A program made the position numbers and the translations under genes. A DNA stretch of 64,000 nucleotides, from contig OZ244042.1 in assembly GCA_965215015.1 (NCBI GenBank), forward strand, positions 2,880,001 to 2,944,000, written 5' to 3'. The first letter of the stretch is position 1. Every line of letters begins with the position of its first letter. This document shows, in pieces, positions 29,787 through 37,588 of the stretch. The notes below the pieces were generated by a model, which was not told the origin of the DNA, ran no database searches, and saw nothing but the letters and a program-made list of their open reading frames with translations. This DNA is from Candidatus Poribacteria bacterium (GTDB lineage: Bacteria; Poribacteria; WGA-4E; PCPOR2b).

Positions 29787-30923
29787 ATGGAAAGATTTTT
29801 ACCGATCGCAGACTCAACGCTTTACCCCGTCTACGAGAAAGTTCAGGCGGATGAACGCCTCTCTTTTGAAGATGGGGTAAGGCTCTATGAAAGCCCGGAT
29901 ATCAACGGCGTTGGCTATCTCGCCAACATCGTGCGAGAACGACAGAACGGGAATCTTGCCTACTATAACCTGAACCAACATATCGACTACTCGAATGTGT
30001 GTATCTTACATGCACGTTGTCACTTTTGTGCGTTTGCACGGAAAAACATACAGACCGCCGGGGCATGGGAGATGAGCATTGATGAATTTCTGGATAAGGC
30101 GATGTATTCCATTGACCACGGCTGCACAGAAATTCACAGCGTCGGCGGCCTGCATCCGAAGCTACCGTTTGAATACTATCTCGACATGCTTCGCGGATTG
30201 AAGCAGCGGATGCCACAGGTTCATCTCAAGTTTTTCACGGCTGTGGAAATTCATCATTTTTCACGGATATTCAAGATGTCAATTGAGGAGGTCCTGATTG
30301 CATTGCGCGAGGCAGGGCTAGATTCGCTGCCCGGCGGCGGGGCGGAGATTTTCGCGGAAGAGACACGAGAAAAAATCTGTCCCGGCAAATTGAGCGCGGA
30401 AGGGTGGCTTGAGGTACATGACATTGCTCACCGGCTGGATATCCCAACGAATGCGACGATGCTCTATGGACATCTCGAAACGACTGAAGATCGGGTGGAT
30501 CACCTGATTCGCCTTCGCGAGCAGCAGGACAAATCGGGCGGTTTTGTCACCTTTATTCCGCTTGCCTTCCATCCCGAAAACACGCGAATGGATTATCTAC
30601 CGAGCACATCCGGTTTGACCGATTTGCAAAATGTAGCGGTGTCGCGTCTATTGCTTGACAATTTCCCACACATCAAAGTGTATTGGATTATGACCGGACT
30701 GAAGACCGCCCAAATCGCGCTGAGTTTTGGGGCAGATGACATTGACGGCACCGTAACGGAAGAGAAGATTACACACATGGCAGGTGCCGACACCCCAGAG
30801 GCAATCTCAGCAGAAGAGATTACCCAGCTAATTGAGGAGGCCGGTCGCATATCCGTTGAGCGCGACACGCTCTATAACGAAATTATCCGAGAAGGAAATC
30901 AATGGCACAGAAAAGCCGCGTGA
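29787..30923 (+). CDS. mqnE: Aminofutalosine synthase (radical SAM, futalosine menaquinone pathway)
   Basis: EIHSVGGLHP, TAVEI, LPGGGAEIF, ATMLYGH, GADDIDGTV.EEKI.HMAG; adjacent mqnA. Confidence 0.9.
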   Translation: MERFLPIADSTLYPVYEKVQADERLSFEDGVRLYESPDINGVGYLANIVRERQNGNLAYYNLNQHIDYSNVCILHARCHFCAFARKNIQTAGAWEMSIDEFLDKAMYSIDHGCTEIHSVGGLHPKLPFEYYLDMLRGLKQRMPQVHLKFFTAVEIHHFSRIFKMSIEEVLIALREAGLDSLPGGGAEIFAEETREKICPGKLSAEGWLEVHDIAHRLDIPTNATMLYGHLETTEDRVDHLIRLREQQDKSGGFVTFIPLAFHPENTRMDYLPSTSGLTDLQNVAVSRLLLDNFPHIKVYWIMTGLKTAQIALSFGADDIDGTVTEEKITHMAGADTPEAISAEEITQLIEEAGRISVERDTLYNEIIREGNQWHRKAA

Positions 30924-31714
30924 AAGTTGGGGCGGTTTCGTTTCTCAACACGAAACCACTGATTCACTCCCTTGTGGAAGACCCTCAATTCCCCGGCAGC
31001 GAGGCAATAGAACTTAGCTTAGCAGTACCAAGTCGTTTAGCAACGGAATTAAAGGACGGAGCTCTTGACGTTGGATTGATTCCAATCATTGAATACTTCC
31101 GAACGGACAACGAATATAGAATTATACCGGACATTTCAATCTGCTCGCGGGGCCCCGTTTTGAGCATCCAACTGTTCAGTCATGTGCCTATTCCTGCTAT
31201 CCGTCACGTTGCGCTTGACACCAGTTCACGCTCATCTCGTGCGCTTGTACAGATTGTGCTCGCCGAGAAATATAACCTACATCCCGAATTTTATTCCTGT
31301 CCACCCACGATCAATCCGCAAGCGGCAGATACAGACGCAGTGCTATTAATCGGGGATGCGGCATTGCGAAGACTCGGTGCAACGGATTATACCGTAGATC
31401 TTGGTGAGGAATGGACTACATTGACAGGGCTACCGTTTGTTTATGCTTGCTGGGTAGCACGGGGAGAGGTTGAGTTAGGACAAGCTCCCCAAACGCTTTT
31501 GAAGGCAAAAGAATGTGGCATTAATAAAGTGCCTGAGATTGCCCGAATCGAGTCCCAAAGACTCGGTTTTCCCGAAACGCTCTGTCGAGATTATCTGACC
31601 AAGCATATTTTCTACGAACTTAGTGATTCAGAAATTGTTGGATTGATGAGGTTCTATGAGCTTGCGGTGAAATATGATCTTGCCCAACCCGATGTGAAAC
31701 TGAGGTTTGTATGA
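30902..31714 (+). CDS. mqnA: Chorismate dehydratase
   Basis: VSFLNTKPL, SSRSS, LLIGDAAL, DLGEEW...TGLPFVYA. Confidence 0.92.
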   Translation: MAQKSRVKVGAVSFLNTKPLIHSLVEDPQFPGSEAIELSLAVPSRLATELKDGALDVGLIPIIEYFRTDNEYRIIPDISICSRGPVLSIQLFSHVPIPAIRHVALDTSSRSSRALVQIVLAEKYNLHPEFYSCPPTINPQAADTDAVLLIGDAALRRLGATDYTVDLGEEWTTLTGLPFVYACWVARGEVELGQAPQTLLKAKECGINKVPEIARIESQRLGFPETLCRDYLTKHIFYELSDSEIVGLMRFYELAVKYDLAQPDVKLRFV

Positions 31715-31724
31715 ATTTCTGACG

Positions 31725-31826
31725 ATGTGGGCACCTAACTGGAGGTTGGTCTCCGAACGGCTTTTCGAGACAGCAGAACCGAATTGAATGAAGAAGATTC
31801 AACTATTGAAGGAATTGGAGTTGTGA
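31725..31826 (+). pseudogene. 102-bp gene-tail remnant, diverged direct repeat of 37079-37180
   Basis: MWAPNWRLVSERLFETAEPN*MKKIQLLKELEL* vs MWLCNTGWLISDRLFETAEPGRMKQIQPQRELG*. Confidence 0.6.
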
Positions 31827-31895
31827 AGAGTAACCCCCCGCCTACAGCTCGCATCAATACAAACATATAGGATTCATTCTAACTTCTCAGTGCTA

Positions 31896-32834
31896 TTATG
31901 AGTTTGACTTGATATCTCCCCACGGCTTTGGAGCCACCCCCTGCACCGAGACCGGCAGCTGGCTATTCCATTCGCTGGGGGAGGTATCATTCGCCGGATG
32001 ATTGGTCAACTGGGTTAGTTGACCGTCTGAGAGACGGAACCTGTAGATATCCCATTTCTCACCTTCCTTCCTCAAAGCAACGAGAATTGACTTCCCATCG
32101 GCGCCCCATGCGGCGGCTGTCAAATCCATTTTCGGCAGCGGCACCGGCTCACGCTTGACCACCTCACGCCTTATCGGTGCGAGTGTAGCGATAATCATGG
32201 TTGTGTCTGTCACCAAAGCCCCGATGGCTTCAGCATACAGAATCTGTTTCCCATCGGGCGACCACCCGTCCACAAACATCACGGCACCGGGTCTCGGTTG
32301 GCTGACCTGCCATCGCTGGGTGCCGTCGGCGTTCATCACATAGACCTGGCGTCCCTGGTCTATGACCCCCTCAAAGGTGATGTGCTTCCCATCAGGAGAC
32401 CACCGAGGACGTGAGGCAAACGCCAAACGAGTCAGTTGCTTCACGTTGCTGCCATCGGTGTCCATCACATAAATGTTCAGGGCACCATCCCTGTCGCTTG
32501 CAAAGGCAATCTGCTTCCCATCGGGCGACCAGTTAGGGGAGGACTCAAACGCTGGATGACGGCTCAGGTTGCGCGGGTTGCTGCCATCGGCGTCCATCAC
32601 ATAAATCTCCTGATTCTCATCCCGCAGACTCGCAAAGACAATCTCGCGACCGGTGGGGGACCAGGAGCATTGAAAATCCCCTGCCTCGTTGTGTGTCAGT
32701 CGGGTTTGACCTTTTCCCGTTGAACTCATCACGTAGATTTCAGAATTTCCATCCCGAGAAGCTTTAAACACGATTTTGCTGTGGATGGTGCTCGTTATCA
32801 ACCAAAGGCTGATAACGAGAGCTGGGAATCGCAT
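31896..32834 (-). CDS. Secreted TolB-like (PD40) beta-propeller, array copy 4
   Basis: Signal peptide, repeated P.WSPDG..I.F.S.RDG..EIYVM, C-terminal PVS.QG..PKPWGDIK. Confidence 0.9.
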   Translation of the reverse strand: MRFPALVISLWLITSTIHSKIVFKASRDGNSEIYVMSSTGKGQTRLTHNEAGDFQCSWSPTGREIVFASLRDENQEIYVMDADGSNPRNLSRHPAFESSPNWSPDGKQIAFASDRDGALNIYVMDTDGSNVKQLTRLAFASRPRWSPDGKHITFEGVIDQGRQVYVMNADGTQRWQVSQPRPGAVMFVDGWSPDGKQILYAEAIGALVTDTTMIIATLAPIRREVVKREPVPLPKMDLTAAAWGADGKSILVALRKEGEKWDIYRFRLSDGQLTQLTNHPANDTSPSEWNSQLPVSVQGVAPKPWGDIKSNS

Positions 32835-32836
32835 AA

Positions 32837-33019
32837 CTAATCCTCTTTTGTAAATCGGACGTTTACAGCATTTACCTGTCCATCCCCCAGATGGTCATTT
32901 CCGTCAAAGAGTGAAACCCGTGTATACGCTGTAATATCATATTGTACGCCCTCATCTAAATTAGCCACACTGACTCCCCGCCAAGCTGAAAATTTTTCTG
33001 TTCGCATCAATACGAACAT
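32837..33019 (-). other. Orphan C-terminal cassette of the 176-aa gene (allele LDEGVQY), 60-aa ORF
   Basis: Last ~48 codons match 36310-36840; stop abuts the propeller ATG. Confidence 0.85.
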
Positions 33020-33048
33020 ATAGGATTCATTCTAACTTCTCAGTGTTA

Positions 33049-33987
33049 TTATGAGTTTGACTTGATATCTCCCCACGGCTTTGGAGCCACCCCCTGTGTC
33101 GAGACCGGCAGCTGGCTATTCCATTCGTTGGGGGAGCCGTCACCCGCCGGATGATTGGTCAACTGTGTCAGTTGACCGTCTGAGAGGCGGAACCTGTAGA
33201 TATCCCATTTCTCACCCTCCTTCCTCAAAGCAACGAGAATTGACTTCCCATCGGCACCCCATGCGGCGGTTGTCGAATCCATCTTCGGCAGCGGCACCGG
33301 TTCATGCTTGACCACCTCACGCCTTATCGGTGCGAGTGTAGCGATAATCACGGTTGTGTCTGTCACCAGGCCGCCGACGGATGCCTTATACAGAATCTGT
33401 GTTCCATCGGGCGACCATCCCGCCGTAAACATCAAGGTGCCGGGTCTGGGTTGGCTGACCTGCCATCGCTGGGTGCCGTCGGCGTTCATCACATAGACCT
33501 GGCGTCCCTGGTCTATGACCCCCTCAAAGGTGATTTGCTTCCCGTCAGGAGACCACCGAGGACGTGAAGCAAACGCCAAACGAGTCAGTTGCTTCACGTT
33601 GCTGCCATCGGTGTCCATCACATAAATGTTCAGGGCTCCATCCCTATCGCTTGAAAAGGCAATCTGTTTCCCATCAGGCGCCCAGTCGGGGGAAGACTCA
33701 AATGCTGGATGACGGCTCAGGTTGTGCGGGTTGCTGCCATCGGCGTCCATCACATAAATCTCCTGATTGTCATCCCGTAGACTGACAAAGACAATCTCTC
33801 GTCCGTTGGGAGACCAATCGGGGATAAAATCCGCGGCCTCGTTGTGCGTCAACCGTGTTTGAGCTCTTCCCGTTGAACTCATCACGTAGATTTCATTGTT
33901 TCCATCCCGAGAAGACCCGAACACGATTTTGCTGTGGACTTGATTCGTGACCAGCAAAAAGCTGGTCACGAGAATTGAGAGGCGCAT
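33049..33987 (-). CDS. Secreted TolB-like (PD40) beta-propeller, array copy 3 (distinct signal peptide)
   Basis: As copy 4; N-terminus MRLSILVTSFLLVTNQ differs from the other three. Confidence 0.9.
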   Translation of the reverse strand: MRLSILVTSFLLVTNQVHSKIVFGSSRDGNNEIYVMSSTGRAQTRLTHNEAADFIPDWSPNGREIVFVSLRDDNQEIYVMDADGSNPHNLSRHPAFESSPDWAPDGKQIAFSSDRDGALNIYVMDTDGSNVKQLTRLAFASRPRWSPDGKQITFEGVIDQGRQVYVMNADGTQRWQVSQPRPGTLMFTAGWSPDGTQILYKASVGGLVTDTTVIIATLAPIRREVVKHEPVPLPKMDSTTAAWGADGKSILVALRKEGEKWDIYRFRLSDGQLTQLTNHPAGDGSPNEWNSQLPVSTQGVAPKPWGDIKSNS

Positions 33988-33989
33988 CG

Positions 33990-34199
33990 CTATTCTCTCC
34001 TCTTTGTAAATCGGACGTTTACAGCATTCACCTGTCCATCCCCCAGATGGTCGTTTCCATCAAACAGCGAAATGGTCGTTTCCATCAAAGAGCGAAACCC
34101 GTGTATATGCTGTGATATCATAATCCGTGCCATTCTGTAAATTAGCAACACTGACTCCTTGCCAGCCTGAAAATTTTTCTGTTCGATCAATACAAACAT
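33990..34199 (-). pseudogene. Orphan C-terminal cassette (allele LQNGTDY) frameshifted by a 25-bp tandem duplication
   Basis: GWQGVSVANLQNGTDYDITAYTRVSLFDGNDH; duplication 34047-34071/34072-34096. Confidence 0.85.
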
Positions 34200-34215
34200 A
34201 TAGGATTCAGTGATA

Positions 34216-35154
34216 TTATGAGTTTGATTTGATATCCCCCCACGGCTTTGGAGCCACTCCCTGTGTCGAGACCGGCAGCTGGCTATTCCATTCGCTGGGG
34301 GAGCCGTCACCCGCCGGATGATTGGTCAACTGGGTCAGTTGACCGTCTGAGAGACGGAACCTGTAGATATCCCATTTCTCACCTTCCTTCCTCAAAGCAA
34401 CGAGAATTGACTTCCCATCGGCACCCCATGCGGCGGATGTCAAATCCATCTTCGGCAGCGGCACCGGCTCACGCTTGACCACCTCACGCCTTATCGGTGC
34501 GAGTGTGGCGATAATCATGGTTGTGTCTGTCACCAAAGCCCCGATGGCTTCAGCATACAGAATCTGTGTTCCATCGGGCGACCACCCGTCCACAAACATC
34601 ACGGCACCGGGTCTCGGTTGGCTGACCTGCCATCGCCGGGTGCCGTCGGCGTTCATCACATAGACCTGGCGTCCCTGGTCTATGACCCCCTCAAAGGTGA
34701 TACGCTTCCCGTCAGGAGACCACTGGGGGCGTGAAGCAAACGCCAAACGAGTCAGTTGTTTCACGTTGCTGCCATCGGTGTCCATCACATAAATGTTCAG
34801 GGCTCCATCCCTATCGCTTGAAAAGGCAATCTGCTTCCCATCAGGCGACCAATAGGGGGCAGCATCAAACGCCGGATGACGGCTCAGGTTGCGCGGGTTG
34901 CTGCCATCGGCGTCCATCACATAAATCTCATCGTTCCCGTCCCGGAGACTGACAAAGACAATCTCTCGTCCGTTGGGAGACCAATCGGGGGTAAAATCCG
35001 CGGCCTCGTTGTGCGTTAACCGTGTTTGACCTTTTCCCGTTGAACTCATCACGTAGATTTCAGAATTTCCATCCCGAGAGGCTTTAAACACGATTTTGCT
35101 GTGGACGGTGCTCGTTATCAACCAAAGGCTGATAACGAGAGCTGGGAATCGCAT
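34216..35154 (-). CDS. Secreted TolB-like (PD40) beta-propeller, array copy 2
   Basis: As above. Confidence 0.9.
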   Translation of the reverse strand: MRFPALVISLWLITSTVHSKIVFKASRDGNSEIYVMSSTGKGQTRLTHNEAADFTPDWSPNGREIVFVSLRDGNDEIYVMDADGSNPRNLSRHPAFDAAPYWSPDGKQIAFSSDRDGALNIYVMDTDGSNVKQLTRLAFASRPQWSPDGKRITFEGVIDQGRQVYVMNADGTRRWQVSQPRPGAVMFVDGWSPDGTQILYAEAIGALVTDTTMIIATLAPIRREVVKREPVPLPKMDLTSAAWGADGKSILVALRKEGEKWDIYRFRLSDGQLTQLTNHPAGDGSPSEWNSQLPVSTQGVAPKPWGDIKSNS

Positions 35155-35156
35155 AA

Positions 35157-35339
35157 CTAATCCTCTTTTGTAAATCGGACGTTTACAGCATTCACCTGTC
35201 CATCGCCCAGATGGTCATTTCCATCAAAGAGCGAAACCCGTGTATACGCTGTGATATCATAATCCGTGTCATCCCGTAAATTAGCAACACTGACTCCCTG
35301 CCAAGCTGAAAATTTTTCTGTTCGCATCAATACGAACAT
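35157..35339 (-). other. Orphan C-terminal cassette (allele LRDDTDY), 60-aa ORF
   Basis: Homologous to the 3' end of 36310-36840 except for a 5-codon patch. Confidence 0.85.
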
Positions 35340-35368
35340 ATAGGATTCATTCTAACTTCTCAGTGTTA

Positions 35369-36307
35369 TTATGAGTTTGACTTGATATCTCCCCACGGCT
35401 TTGGAGCCACTCCCTGTGTCGAGACCGGCAGCTGGCTATTCCATTCGCTGGGGAAGGTATCATTCGCCGGATGATCGGTCAACTGGGTTAGTTGACCGTC
35501 TGAGAGACGGAACCTGTAGATATCCCATTTCTCACCCGCCTTCCTCAAAGCAACAAGAATTGACTTCCCATCGGCACCCCATGCGACGGTTGTCGAATCC
35601 ATCTTCGGCAGCGGCACCGGTTCATGCTTGACCACCTCACGCCTTATCGGTGCGAGTGTAGCGATAATCACGGTTGAGTTTGTCACCAGGCCGCCAACGG
35701 ATGCCTTATACAGAATCTGTGTTCCATCGGGCGACCATCCCGACGTAAACATCAAGGTGCCGGGTCTGGGTTGGCTGACCTGCCATCGCTGGGTGCCGTC
35801 GGCGTTCATCACATAGACCTGGCGTCCCTGGTCTGTGACCCCCTCAAAGGTGATACGCTTCCCATCAGGAGACCACTGGGGACGTGAAGCAAACGCCAAA
35901 CGAGTCAGTTGCTTCACGTTGCTGCCATCGGCGTCCATCACATAAATGTTCAGGGCTCCATCCCTATCGCTTGAAAAGGCAATCTGTTTCCCATCAGGCG
36001 ACCAATAGGGGGCAGCATCAAACGCCGGATGACGGCTCAGGTTGCGCGGGTTGCTGCCATCGGCGTCCATCACATAAATCTCATCGTTCCCGTCCCGCAG
36101 ACTGACAAAGACAATCTCTTGTCCGTTGGGAGACCAATCGGGAGTAAAATCCCCTGCCTCATTGTGTGTCAGTCGTGTTTGACCTCTTCCCGTTGAACTC
36201 ATCACGTAGATTTCAGAATTTCCATCCCGAGAAGCTTTAAACACGATTTTGCTGTGGACGGTGCTCGTTATCAACCAAAGGCTGATAACGAGAGCTGGGA
36301 ATCGCAT
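35369..36307 (-). CDS. Secreted TolB-like (PD40) beta-propeller, array copy 1
   Basis: As above; directly coupled to the 176-aa gene. Confidence 0.9.
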   Translation of the reverse strand: MRFPALVISLWLITSTVHSKIVFKASRDGNSEIYVMSSTGRGQTRLTHNEAGDFTPDWSPNGQEIVFVSLRDGNDEIYVMDADGSNPRNLSRHPAFDAAPYWSPDGKQIAFSSDRDGALNIYVMDADGSNVKQLTRLAFASRPQWSPDGKRITFEGVTDQGRQVYVMNADGTQRWQVSQPRPGTLMFTSGWSPDGTQILYKASVGGLVTNSTVIIATLAPIRREVVKHEPVPLPKMDSTTVAWGADGKSILVALRKAGEKWDIYRFRLSDGQLTQLTDHPANDTFPSEWNSQLPVSTQGVAPKPWGDIKSNS

Positions 36308-36309
36308 AA

Positions 36310-36840
36310 CTAATCCTCTTTTGTAAATCGGACGTTTACAGCATTCACCTGTCCATCCCCCAGATGGTCATTTCCGTCAAAGAGTGAAACCCGTGTATAC
36401 GCTGTAATATCATATTGTACGCCCTCATCTAAATTAGCCACACTGACCCCCTGCCAGCCCCAATGGTCGCTGTATCCATTTGCAGGCACATCTGGTCCGA
36501 ATTCTTCGATGATATCCTGCTTAGGGCTGCCATCTGTGTTGTAAGTATTCGTGCCGTCGGTATTGACGATAGTATGATTAAACTCATACTTCACATCGAT
36601 TGCAAAGGGGCCATTTTCGATCAGATAGTGATGGAAACTCTCCGTGCGTTGGGTTGAGCCGCCGATATACCTGAGCTGGCTCGCTGTGGCACTCCAACTG
36701 ATACCGTCAATGGTGCCGCCGTTCGGTGATCCGGGGATGTTTCTAACAATCAACACACCTGCCATCCCCAAGACCAATATGCCGAGACCTATAAACACTT
36801 TAGGGTATTTCTTTGCCAATTTCATGAATTGTTGGTTCAT
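36310..36840 (-). CDS. Membrane-anchored beta-rich (Fn3/Ig-like) hypothetical protein, head gene of the array
   Basis: N-terminal basic + TM segment KKYPKVFIGLGILVLGMAGVLIVR; NLDEGVQYDITAY resembles an Fn3 tyrosine corner. Confidence 0.75.
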   Translation of the reverse strand: MNQQFMKLAKKYPKVFIGLGILVLGMAGVLIVRNIPGSPNGGTIDGISWSATASQLRYIGGSTQRTESFHHYLIENGPFAIDVKYEFNHTIVNTDGTNTYNTDGSPKQDIIEEFGPDVPANGYSDHWGWQGVSVANLDEGVQYDITAYTRVSLFDGNDHLGDGQVNAVNVRFTKED

Positions 36841-37012
36841 AAGTGCCAGATGGTAAGCTCAAACCTTCTATGCGGCAAAAGGTTTAAGCCCGATAGATAT
36901 ACCCAAACCGTAACTGTTTTACGTTGGGGTATATGACAGCGTACATCAGACATATGCTTCTAGTCAAGCAAAAAAATAGGGTTCTCGTTTTAGTATGTGA
37001 AGATTTTTTCTA

Positions 37013-37040
37013 TTGACAACATTTGTCCATTGGGTATAAT
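37013..37040 (+). promoter_or_regulatory. Consensus sigma70 promoter
   Basis: TTGACA-16-TATAAT. Confidence 0.6.
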
Positions 37041-37046
37041 GAACGA

Positions 37047-37180
37047 ACTGGCAGCACCCGGACCTGACTTGGGCAAAGATGTGGCTGTGCAATACCGGAT
37101 GGTTGATCTCCGACCGGCTTTTCGAGACAGCAGAGCCGGGGCGGATGAAGCAGATTCAACCGCAGAGGGAATTGGGGTAA
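37047..37180 (+). pseudogene. Gene-tail remnant (possibly PhyH C-terminus), homologous to 31725-31826
   Basis: NWQHPDLTWAKMWLCNTGWLISDRLFETAEPGRMKQIQ; shared nt core CGGCTTTTCGAGACAGCAGA. Confidence 0.55.
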
Positions 37181-37228
37181 ATTACTGCACACAAAAATTT
37201 AATTGAATCTATACCTGTTTATTAGAAC

Positions 37229-37456
37229 CTAATTGGAGAGGCTACCAAGTTGTTAGGGGTTAATCCTCAAACATTACGGCGTTGGGTGGAGTGTATATGA
37301 CCTCAAGCGTGGGTTCAACAGCGTCAAAGATGAGCTCTTCCCATGATGGTGCCGCAACTTTCACAGAATGCGTCAAAGAATGTTATTCATGACCTTGCTG
37401 ATGTTATTAAACGCTGGAGAAAAGGACAGAACCAGTTTCCCCGTTGCAAAAAATGA
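37229..37456 (+). mobile_element. Collapsed IS607-family remnant (tnpA HTH fragment joined to tnpB N-terminal fragment)
   Basis: LIGEATKLLGVNPQTLRRW (IS607 TnpA HTH) followed by SVYDLKRGFNSVKDELFP* and QLSQNASKNVIHDLADVIKRWRKGQNQFPRCKK (TnpB-like). Confidence 0.7.
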
Positions 37457-37588
37457 TTGTAGTAAGAGGATACCAGACAAAAGCTGAGGGGCACTGCAAA
37501 AGGACTTCGCCTCTGGGAAAGGTTAGCCGCTGGCAGGCAGTCGGAATACCACTGACAAAAAACTTCGCAAATCGAAGGTATAAACAGC

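Noticed and set aside
31850-36840. Diversity-generating retroelement or CRISPR explanation for the array
   Set aside because: No reverse transcriptase or TR/VR pair; differences are block-wise and not obviously adenine-specific; units are gene-sized, not repeat-spacer.
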